Shown: positions 36,505-48,500 of the stretch, in pieces
Numbering within the stretch: the stretch's first letter is position 1
How the letters are laid out: each line of letters begins with the position of its first letter
Assembly (NCBI GenBank): GCA_046350675.1
Contig: JAXLZZ010000008.1
Location: forward strand, 5,726-69,725
Origin: Candidatus Saccharimonadales bacterium
GTDB lineage: Bacteria; Patescibacteriota; Saccharimonadia; Saccharimonadales; UBA4665
Length of the DNA stretch: 64,000 bases
Reading direction: 5' to 3'
Notes under the pieces: generated by a model
Seen by the model: the letters and a program-made list of their open reading frames with translations, nothing else
Told to the model about the DNA's origin: nothing
Databases searched by the model: none
Translations under genes and position numbers: made by a program

Positions 36505-36582
36505 GTCATTTCGAGCAAAGCGAGAAATCTCTTGCTACTAAATAACTCAGTTGCTACAAATCCCTTGTGCCTTCGAGATGAC
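36505..36582 (+). mobile_element. 78-nt ORF-less repeat element
   Basis: gtcatttcgagcaaagcgagaaatctct...ttcgagatgac. It ends 9 nt from the stop codon of the giant gene (36592-36594). Confidence 0.65.
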
Positions 36583-36591
36583 AAACCGTAC

Positions 36592-39500
36592 TTACTCGAC
36601 GATGAAGTAGTCGAAGGTATACGTGGTATTAGGCGCCAGGGTCTGACCGGTGCTGAGCATGAAGTCGTTGACCGTCTTGCCCTTAGGATAGATGCGGGAG
36701 TTGACGCTGTTATCATCCTGGCCGGTCAGCAACACTTTAGGCGTCTTGCCGAAGACCTTGCTGAAGTCCACCTTGGTCAAGTCGCCAGCACTGACCCCTG
36801 TTGCACCGGTGGTAATGGTAATTGTGCCCGAGGTGTCATTACCGTCGATATTGACCGCCGCACCACTGCCGGCTGCCGTCAGGATATTACCCACCGGCGC
36901 CCCGCCCTTGGTAATGATATGTCCACTGACTTCTATATCAGCAACCTTAAGCGTGGTAACTGTTAGCGTGCCTTCAATATCGGCGTCACCTGTAACTGTT
37001 AGGGCAGCTATGCTTGCGCTATTGGTTACGGTTAAGCTGCCGGTGGTTGCAGACCCAGCTACAGATAAATCTCCGTCTATCGCAGCGTTACTTGTTACAT
37101 TAAGCGATTGAAGCGTGCTGGTCCCTGAAGCGTTTAAACCACCGCTAAAGCTGGCAGTGCCACTGTTCGAGATATTAGTGCTATTAAGTTGAGCGGTACT
37201 AAAGCTGGTGTTATAGCCATTTAGCTTGTTGACGATGGCCTTTTCACCGCCCCATAGGTAGCCATAGACACTGAACCAATCGGGTTGCGGGTTACCGTTG
37301 CTGTCGTTTGTTGGCGTTAGATTCGCAGGTAAATATTCTGATATTACGCCGGTACGTACCCCCGCCGCCCCGTCATTCCATTCGTAGTTAAATATAGGAG
37401 TTGCAGATATTTCACCCAGAATGCGATCAAGATTTACTTCGTCTATCTGGTTGATATTGTGCTTGTAGTTTTGTGAGCTAGAACAGTTAGATAGTATGTT
37501 TGAGCCATTCCTACACACGGGATTACCTGCTCCGCCAGCAACTAGACTAGTCTGAATTATGCCCGTAACGATTAAGTTTTGACCGACATTAGTATCAGCT
37601 CCGGAGTTTAGGCTACCCACTGCGGTAACATAGCCTGCGGCAATTATCCAGTTATCAGAGAAAATACCAGATCCTGCCCTCAGGTAAGTCGAAGATTTGA
37701 TGTAAGTACCGTCATTATACAGGTAAGCACCGGATTGGCCGCTAAGCCAAAATGAACCACCCAAAAACAGTCCGGTATTAGAGTACAGGCCATAGGAGTT
37801 GTGCGAACCGAGGTACCAACTCGTCTGATCGCCGCCGCCCAAATCTGTACGACCCGGATATATGTATCCAGCCGTTCGCAAACCACCAGATCCAAGATAT
37901 GCAACATGGGTTCCACCGGTGTTATTTGCTAAGAACTGTATCCAGCCAGATTTAGTGTATAACTCGTTGTAGGTGCCGCCACCATAAGCTATGTTTTGAC
38001 TAGCACTCTGTAAATATGACCCTGTGTTTATAGCGCCCGTGGAACTTATAGTGCTGGAGCCAGTTACAGCGCCAGTCACGGCTAGGGTTGATGAAATAGC
38101 CGCTGTGCCGGAGACTTGCAGTGTGGCGCCACCGCTGGTCACTGATGAGCCGATACCGACTTCTCCCGTTGAAGCAACAACTAAGCGTCGTGTCAGCGAG
38201 GTGTCAGAAGTTAGTGATTTGGTAGCAATATACACATTACCCGCACCACCGCCAGCGCTATTAGCCTGTATATCAGTACCGATGCTGGCGTATCTTCCTA
38301 TGTTGGTGTCGGCAACAGCGCCAAGCACTACTTCACCGCCGCCGTTAACTGTAAAGCTATTATTAGTGAGCAAGATACGAGCGTCCTTTTGGCCGACTGT
38401 GGTCGAAGTCGTTGCTGGGCCAGTAACAGTTAGCGTATTACCAAGACTCGTTGTGCTGGTAACTGCAAGTGTACTCTGTAGCGTGGTTGCCCCGGCTACG
38501 ACGAGAGCATCATCGGTCTTTAGGGTGTTGCTAGTAGAGCGATATAGATTGGTATCTGTACCGAATGTTATGCCAGTACTAGCTGTTCCGCCAGTTCCTC
38601 CGAGCTGTAATGAGTAAGTGTCAGCTGCCCCAATATAGATACCGACGTCACTAGATCCAGCTGTCTGAGGGTCAACATATATTCCATAATTATTGGTTAT
38701 TGTACCTCCACCGCTATTTATTGCAGCCTGGGCATATAGACCGTACGCTGTACTAATTGTGCCTGTGCTGCTATTTTGTATAACACCGTTTACTCCGTAA
38801 GCATTACTAATACTTCCGGTATTTGAATTAGTGATTATCCCGCGCACACCGTAGCCAGAACCCAAAGTAGCACCGGCAACAGTGTTTTGGGTATTTCCGT
38901 AAATACCAAACAACCTAGAATTTGCATTCACATTTGTGTTGCCTACAGTTGTATTACTTGTGAATGATACAAAGTCTGTCAGAGATCCAGGTGCGCTTGC
39001 TGGCGACACTGTCAAATTATTTGATGTCATTGTATTTACACCAGAAATTGCAGTACTTGTAAGCGATAAGGTGTTGCTTGATCCAGATACTGTTATGCCA
39101 GCTTGTCCAGTGATTGAGCCCACCACAGATAAAGAGTCGTCTGTTTTTAATGTATCCGCCGCGGAGCGGTAAAGGTTCGTATCACCGCCAATTGTTATGC
39201 CGGTGTTTGAGCCAGTTGATGAAAGTTGCAATGTTGTTTTACCGCCAGCGTTGCTTACGGTCAAAGCCGAGCCAGTACTGACCGTACCAGAAGCCGAAGT
39301 GAGTGTTAGAGCGGCGCTGCCACCTGACTGAATGCTCAAGTAACCTGTGCTGCTTAGACTTCCGTCAGATAAAGTGGTGCTGCCAGCACCAACCACCACA
39401 CCGCCGAGGAAATAACCCTGGAAGAAACGGTTACTTTGGGTTGCGTAATCGTTAGCGCTGGTAACAGCACCGATATTCTGAGCCGTGTATTTAGTGATCG

Positions 39501-42500
39501 TCGCATTTCCTGTGAATCCAGCCGTCGTGCCATAACTGACCGCCGGACTAATTGTAAGTGTGGTCGTGCCACCACCCGCGGTGATGCGAGTATAGTAATC
39601 TTGTCCGCTACCGCCGGTGTTATCTACAAAAATAATATCGCCATTCGCAAAAGCGCCGGCCGCAGACAGTGTAATAGTTGTAACATTTGTGCCTCCCGTG
39701 CCGCTGGTTGTACCCGTAGTGCCAGTCGCCACCGCATTGGCTACCAGGTCGCCGTTAGCAATCAGCTTATTGTTGCTGGTTGTATCAGCTGTAAATAGTG
39801 CATTGCCGCCGGAATTTTGAATCTGGAATTTAGTAGCGCTATTGCCCCCAGCGGCACCGCCTATCATAAGCGCATCGTCGGTGGTTAAAGTGTCTGCTGC
39901 ACTGCGGTAGAGGTTGGTGTCGCCACCGATAGTGATGCCTGTGTTACTGCCAGTTGAGCTGAGTTGTAGTGTTGTCTTACCGCCGTTGTTGCTGATATCC
40001 ACGGCCGACCCCGTGCCAACCGTTCCCGAGGCGGAGGTCAGCGTCAATTGACTGCTGCCGCCCGACGCGACTGCGAGCGCGCCATTGGCTGTGAGGTTAA
40101 GTGAGGTGCCAAGGCTAACGGTATTTGAGCCACCTTGTAGCGTAAGGTTACCAATAGTGGTGCTAATAGTGCTGGCTGCGCCAGCCGTGACAGTGATAGC
40201 GCTCGCGCTCACGAGACTGATAGCTCCGGCTGCGCTGTTGCCAATGCTCACGGTGCCGGTGCTTGTACCGGTGTTGATATTAGTGTTGTTGTTGCTGTTA
40301 TTGTTGAGCTGGACGGTGCCGCCGGCGATTGTGCTAGCACCGGTAATTGTCGCGCCGCCAGCCGAGACAGTCAGGCCACCACTGGTAACGGTCGCGCCGC
40401 TAGCTACCGTCAGTGTACCGGCAATCGTAGAACTACCGATGCCATTGACAGTTAGAACGCCTGCTTGAACACTATCACCTGCTTCGTTGACGCTGTACTT
40501 ACTGCTGCCATTGACCTGTAGATTGATCAAGTTGCCGGTAAAACCATTGGCAGCGTTAATCACCGTGTTGCCGGCGTAGGTCAAGGTGGTGCCAGACTCG
40601 CTCAGACCAGAGTCTGCAACGGTGTTAGAAGCAGTAAACTTGGCCAATTTGCCCGGGGTACCGCTACCCAGCACGCCGCCGCCCGTACCTGCACAGTTGG
40701 CCAGAGTCAGCAGACAGACGGTGTCACTAGAGCCACCGGCGATACTCGGGAGCTGGATGGTGGCGTTACCGGTGCCGGTAGGATTCAAGCCCTGTAGCAC
40801 GACTAGTCGTGAGGATGTGGAGTTGGCCAGATTCAAGCTACCTGTGACCGATGCGCCAACGCCAAGCGTCAGTCCGCCTGCTCCCTGCACCGCCACCGTA
40901 CCCGTAAAGTTAGCGCTGCTACTGATAGTCTGGCCGTTGATTAGACCGGAAGTGATAGTTCCGCTGCCGGCATTGATGTTGGCGTTGTTGGTGACAATAC
41001 CCCCATTGGCATTGAGTTGACCAGTCAAGGTGGTGGCACCGGTTACGGCTAGGGTTGATGAAATAGCCGCTGTGCCGGAGACTTGCAGTGTGGCGCCACC
41101 GCTGGTCACTGATGAGCCGATACCGACTTCTCCCGTTGAAGCAACAACTAAGCGTCGTGTCAGCGAGGTGTCAGAAGTTAGTGATTTGGTAGCAATATAC
41201 ACATTACCCGCACCACCGCCAGCGCTATTAGCCTGTATATCAGTACCGATGCTGGCGTATCTTCCTATGTTGGTGTCGGCAACAGCGCCAAGCACTACTT
41301 CACCGCCGCCGTTAACTGTAAAGCTATTATTAGTGAGCAAGATACGAGCGTCCTTTTGGCCGACTGTGGTCGAAGTCGTTGCTGGGCCAGTAACAGTTAG
41401 CGTATTACCAAGACTCGTTGTGCTGGTAACTGCAAGTGTACTCTGTAGCGTGGTTGCCCCGGCTACGACGAGAGCATCATCGGTCTTAAGCGTGTCGGCA
41501 GCTGAGCGGTAGAGGTTGGTGTCAGTGCCGATAAGCAGTCCCCCCGAAGAGCCAGTGGCCAGCACGCTCAAGCGGCCGTTGGAGTCAATGGTTAGTCTCT
41601 GAGCACCGGCGGTCTCGTCGGATATCGAGAAGGTACCGGCACGCGAACCAACCACAAACTGTCGACCCGTTCCTGACGCAGTATCACTGAAGTACATGCT
41701 GGCAGCGTTCCAGACTACAGAGCTGTCGCCCGTCAGTTCAATCGGGCCGCCCTGGACACCAAACTTGCTGCCACCGCTATAGCCACCGACCGATAAGTAG
41801 CCACCGATGGCGGCGTTGTTCGTAACAGATAGGGCCGTACCTGCTGCACTGAAGGTATTGGCAGCACTAAAGTTGTTGGCTTGGTTCAAGTAGGCCACAT
41901 TATTGAGGGTGCCTGCGGTGTTGATGTTGGCCCCACCCAGCTGGATGGCGCCGGTGGCGTTGAAAGTGCCGGTAGCCGTTATCACGCTGCCACTTTCACT
42001 CAACAATGAGTCACCAATCGTCCCAGCACCGGTGAACTTAGCAATCGTGCCGGTAGTACCGCTGCCGGTGATGCCACCGCCACTGCCAGCACAGTTGCCC
42101 AGGGTGACAAGACAGACATCATCAGTTGAGCCACCGGCGATAGTCGGAATACGAATGGTGGCATTACCAGTACCACTTGGGTTAAGACCCTGAATGATAA
42201 CCTGTCGTGAAGATGATGAGTTTGCTAGGTAGAGACTGCCGGCAGTGGTACCTGGTGTACCAATACTGACACTAGCTCCTTGGACAGCCAGGGTGCCGGT
42301 GAAGACAGGGCTACTGACAATGTCGAGCGTATTGCTGCTGAAGCCACCACCAGCGGTGCCGCTGACCGTACCAGTCAGATTACCGCTGCCGGTGAAGCTC
42401 AGGCTAGTGTTACCTTGGGCGGCGGTGCCGCTGGTAGAACCGTAACTCACATTAAGCGTTGTGCTACTACCAAGAGCTACACTACCACCGCCGGTCAAGC

Positions 42501-45500
42501 CAGTACCAGCAGTAACAGTGAGAGCACCGCTACCTACCAGACGAGCGTTGGCGACAGTGCCGGTTGTAATAGCGGTACCGTTGAGGTTTGTTAGAGCTGA
42601 AGCATTGAGTGCTGGCAAGTAGCCTGAGCCATCAAGCTGTACGAGCTGGTTAGCGCCGTTGAAGGTGTTGCCCTGGAGCGTAACGTTGCTGCTGAGATAG
42701 GTGTCTCCGACCGTACCAGAGCTGATGTTGCTGCCGTTGAGGTTCGTTATACCTGAGCCATTGCCAGTGAAGGTATTGCTACCAATGTTGATATTGCCAA
42801 ACCCACTAGCGATGCTACCAGCACTCAGGGCTCCGGTGCCGGTGATGTTGCTGAAGGTACCAGCCTGCAAATCGGCGTTGACAATTGCGCCGGTACTCAA
42901 CACCCCACTCCCATTGGTGTGGACGACACCGGCGCTGTTAAGGCCAGAGAAAGTGATGGTGCCAGCGGCGGTCAAGCCACCACTGATACTAGCACCGCCG
43001 GTTGTAACACTGAGAGCTCCATTGAGAGTTAGGCCAGCAAAGGTTGGTGTGGCAGCAGTGCTGATGCCTTGGATAGTGTTGACCGTACCACTACTGACAC
43101 TGAAGTTAGTACTGTTGAACTGGGCGATGCCCTTCTGTGAAGTTGAAGCGTCGTCGATGGTGATGGTGCCAGCCGAACCGCTGGAGTTGGCTAGAGTCAG
43201 TACGCCGGTCTGGCCATCCAGACTGGTCACGCCACCGCCGGCGCCGCCAGTACAAGCGGCGAAGCTCAAAACGCCGGAACCATTAGACTGAAGGCAGTCG
43301 CCGTTCGCTCCCGCTGTGGTTGGCAGGGTGAGTGTGAAGGTAGAGCCCGAAACGCCGGACTGGAGCGTCACGGTATTACCATTGGTAGCATTCTTGAAGG
43401 CGATAGAACCTGTGTTTGTGCTAGCGGTGCCCAGTGTTAGGCTGCCACTACCTTGCACTACAACACTGCCCGAGGCCGTCACCACACTGCCCGACTCACT
43501 CAAGCTGGAATCGGCGATAGTGCCGCTACCAGTAAACTTAGCAATCTGGCCGCTCGTGCCAGAGCCAGTGATACCGCCACCACTACCGGCACAGTTGCCT
43601 AGAGTTACCAGGCAGACATCATCAGTACTACCACCAGCTATGCTTGGGATTCTAATGGTGGCATTACCGGTACCACTTGGGTTTAGACCTTGCAGTATGA
43701 CTTGGCGGGAGGAGCTAGCATTAGCTAGGTATAAGCTACCAGCTGTAGTACCTGGTGTACCAATACTGACACTAGCTCCTTGGACAGCCAGGGTGCCAGT
43801 GAAGTTCGCACTGGAGCTGATGGTTTGGCCGTTATAGGTGCCACCGGTGACGGTGCTAGCTACAGCAAGTGTGCCAGTGAAATTAGCGGCACTAGAGATA
43901 GTCTGACCATTGATGTTGCCAGAAGTGATAGTGCCACCAATACTCACGTCATTCGTCACACTCAACGCCGTACCAGCCGCACTGAAGGTATTGGCTGCAC
44001 TGAAGTTATTAGCTTGGTTCAAGTAGGCGACGTTGGTAAGCGTGCCTGCTGTATTGATGTCTGCGCCACCAAGCTGTAATGCGGTCGTGGCATTGACGGT
44101 ACCGCCCTGGACGGTAGCAGTGGTAGTGATGTTATTGCCTGTAGAGATAGTGCCAAACCCACTAGCGATGCTACCAGCACTCAGGGCTCCGGTGCCGGTG
44201 ATGTTGCTGAAGGTACCGCTGGCTAGGTTGCTATTGGTGATCTTACCATTGACGATGGCACTGCCGTTGTACTGGAGGACATCACCACTGCTTATTGAGC
44301 TGATGGTCAGTGTAGTACCTTGGAGCTTGGCAATGGTTGGGTTTGGATAGGTGCCGGTTAGGTCACCACCAGCTGCACCAGAAGCACCGGCACAGTTGCC
44401 AAGGGTGTAGAGACACACCGTATCTGTACTACCACCAGCTATGGTTGGGAATTGGATGGTGGCATTCCCCGTACCGCTTGGGTTTAAGCCCTGTAGGATG
44501 ACTTGGCGAGATGAGCTAGAGTTGGCGAGGTAGAGTGAGCCAGTAGTGGTACCTGGTGTACCAATACTGACACTAGCTCCTTGGACAGCTAGGGTACCGG
44601 TGAAGACAGGGCTACTGACAATGTCGAGCGTATTGCTGCTGAAGCCACCACCAGCGGTGCCGCTGACCGTACCAGTCAGATTACCGCTGCCGGTGAAGCT
44701 CAGGCTAGTGTTACCTTGGGCGGCGGTGCCGGCCCCACTGCCATAGGTGACACTCAACGTCGGCGTGCTGCCTGCTCCGCTGTTGCCAGTGGTACTGAGG
44801 CCGGTGAGTGTACCGAGAGTGGCCACGTAGTTACCCGTGGTCTCTGAGCCCAGAGCTACAGCGCCGGTACTCAACACCCCACTCCCATTGGTGTGGACGA
44901 CACCGGCGCTGTTAAGGCCAGAGAAAGTGATGGTGCCAGCGGCGGTCAAGCCACCACTGATACTAGCACCGCCGGTTGTAACACTGAGAGCTCCATTGAG
45001 AGTTAGGCCAGCAAAGGTTGGTGTGGCAGCAGTGCTGATGCCTTGGATAGTGTTGACCGTACCACTACTGACACTGAAGTTAGTACTGTTGAACTGGGCG
45101 ATGCCCTTCTGTGAAGTTGAAGCGTCGTCGATGGTGATGGTGCCAGCCGAACCGCTGGAGTTGGCTAGAGTCAGTACGCCGGTCTGGCCATCCAGACTGG
45201 TCACGCCACCGCCGGCGCCGCCAGTACAAGCGGCGAAGCTCAAAACGCCGGAACCATTAGACTGAAGGCAGTCGCCGTTCGCTCCCGCTGTGGTTGGCAG
45301 GGTGAGTGTGAAGGTAGAGCCCGAAACGCCGGACTGGAGCGTCACGGTATTACCATTGGTAGCATTCTTGAAGGCGATAGAACCTGTGTTTGTGCTAGCG
45401 GTGCCCAGTGTTAGGCTGCCACTACCTTGCACTACAACACTGCCCGAGGCCGTCACCACACTGCCCGACTCACTCAAGCTGGAATCGGCGATAGTGCCGC

Positions 45501-48500
45501 TACCAGTAAACTTAGCAATCTGGCCGCTCGTGCCAGAGCCAGTGATACCGCCACCACTACCGGCACAGTTGCCTAGAGTTACCAGGCAGACATCATCAGT
45601 ACTACCACCAGCTATGCTTGGGATTCTAATGGTGGCATTACCGGTACCACTTGGGTTTAGACCTTGCAGTATGACTTGGCGGGAGGAGCTAGCATTAGCT
45701 AGGTATAAGCTACCAGCTGTAGTACCTGGTGTACCAATACTGACACTAGCTCCTTGGACAGCCAGGGTGCCAGTGAAGTTCGCACTGGAGCTGATGGTTT
45801 GGCCGTTATAGGTGCCACCGGTGACGGTGCTAGCTACAGCAAGTGTGCCAGTGAAATTAGCGGCACTAGAGATAGTCTGACCATTGATGTTGCCAGAAGT
45901 GATAGTGCCACCAATACTCACGTCATTCGTCACACTCAACGCCGTACCAGCCGCACTGAAGGTATTGGCTGCACTGAAGTTATTAGCTTGGTTCAAGTAG
46001 GCGACGTTGGTAAGCGTGCCTGCTGTATTGATGTCTGCGCCACCAAGCTGTAATGCGGTCGTGGCATTGACGGTACCGCCCTGGACGGTAGCAGTGGTAG
46101 TGATGTTATTGCCTGTAGAGATAGTGCCAAACCCACTAGCGATGCTACCAGCACTCAGGGCTCCGGTGCCGGTGATGTTGCTGAAGGTACCGCTGGCTAG
46201 GTTGCTATTGGTGATCTTACCATTGACGATGGCACTGCCGTTGTACTGGAGGACATCACCACTGCTTATTGAGCTGATGGTCAGTGTAGTACCTTGGAGC
46301 TTGGCAATGGTTGGGTTTGGATAGGTGCCGGTTAGGTCACCACCAGCTGCACCAGAAGCACCGGCACAGTTGCCAAGGGTGTAGAGACACACCGTATCTG
46401 TACTACCACCAGCTATGGTTGGGAATTGGATGGTGGCATTCCCCGTACCGCTTGGGTTTAAGCCCTGTAGGATGACTTGGCGAGATGAGCTAGAGTTGGC
46501 GAGGTAGAGTGAGCCAGTAGTGGTACCTGGTGTACCAATACTGACACTAGCTCCTTGGACAGCTAGGGTACCGGTGAAGACAGGGCTACTGACAATGTCG
46601 AGCGTATTGCTGCTGAAGCCACCACCAGCGGTGCCGCTGACCGTACCAGTCAGATTACCGCTGCCGGTGAAGCTCAGGCTAGTGTTACCTTGGGCGGCGG
46701 TGCCGCTGGTAGAACCGTAACTCACATTAAGCGTTGTGCTACTACCAAGAGCTACACTACCACCGCCGGTCAAGCCAGTACCAGCAGTAACAGTGAGAGC
46801 ACCGCTACCTACCAGACGAGCGTTGGCGACAGTGCCGGTTGTAATAGCGGTACCGTTGAGGTTTGTTAGAGCTGAAGCATTGAGTGCTGGCAAGTAGCCT
46901 GAGCCATCAAGCTGTACGAGCTGGTTAGCGCCGTTGAAGGTGTTGCCCTGGAGCGTAACGTTGCTGCTGAGATAGGTGTCTCCGACCGTACCAGAGCTGA
47001 TGTTGCTGCCGTTGAGGTTCGTTATACCTGAGCCATTGCCAGTGAAGGTATTGCTACCAATGTTGATATTGCCAAACCCACTAGCGATGCTACCAGCACT
47101 CAGGGCTCCGGTGCCGGTGATGTTGCTGAAGGTACCGCTGGCTAGGTTGCTATTGGTGATCTTACCATTGACGATGGCACTGCCGTTGTACTGGAGGACA
47201 TCACCACTGCTTATTGAGCTGATGGTCAGTGTAGTACCTTGGAGCTTGGCAATGGTTGGGTTTGGATAGGTGCCGGTTAGGTCACCACCAGCTGCACCAG
47301 AAGCACCGGCACAGTTGCCAAGGGTGTAGAGACACACCGTATCTGTACTACCACCAGCTATGGTTGGGAATTGGATGGTGGCATTCCCCGTACCGCTTGG
47401 GTTTAAGCCCTGTAGGATGACTTGGCGAGATGAGCTAGAGTTGGCGAGGTAGAGTGAGCCAGTAGTGGTACCTGGTGTACCAATACTGACACTAGCTCCT
47501 TGGACAGCTAGGGTACCGGTGAAGACAGGGCTACTGACAATGTCGAGCGTATTGCTGCTGAAGCCACCACCAGCGGTGCCGCTGACCGTACCAGTCAGAT
47601 TACCGCTGCCGGTGAAGCTCAGGCTAGTGTTACCTTGGGCGGCGGTGCCGGCCCCACTGCCATAGGTGACACTCAACGTCGGCGTGCTGCCTGCTCCGCT
47701 GTTGCCAGTGGTACTGAGGCCGGTGAGTGTACCGAGAGTGGCCACGTAGTTACCCGTGGTCTCTGAGCCCAGAGCTACAGCGCCGGTACTCAACACCCCA
47801 CTCCCATTGGTGTGGACGACACCGGCGCTGTTAAGGCCAGAGAAAGTGATGGTGCCAGCGGCGGTCAAGCCACCACTGATACTAGCACCGCCGGTTGTAA
47901 CACTGAGAGCTCCATTGAGAGTTAGGCCAGCAAAGGTTGGTGTGGCAGCAGTGCTGATGCCTTGGATAGTGTTGACCGTACCACTACTGACACTGAAGTT
48001 AGTACTGTTGAACTGGGCGATGCCCTTCTGTGAAGTTGAAGCGTCGTCGATGGTGATGGTGCCAGCCGAACCGCTGGAGTTGGCTAGAGTCAGTACGCCG
48101 GTCTGGCCATCCAGACTGGTCACGCCACCGCCGGCGCCGCCAGTACAACTGTCAAAGCTGAGGTTACCGCTAGCGTCCGTAATCAAGCAGTCACCGTTAG
48201 CGCCAAGATCAGTTGGCAGCGTCAGATTGAAGCTAGAATTGGCAACACCGGATTGCAACGTCACAGTGTTGGCATTAGTGTCATTGTTGAACACAATCGC
48301 CCCATTAACCGTGGAACCTACACCGAGCACCAACCCACCTCCACCCTGTGCCGTAACCGTCCCGCTAAAGGTCGGGTTATTGATAATGCTGATATCACTA
48401 CAAGCACCCCCGGACCCAAGCGTAATCACATCGCCGCCGCCGCTCAGATTGCCGGTGCCGCTGGCACAGGTCAGCGTTACGTTACCCTGGACGGCCGTGC

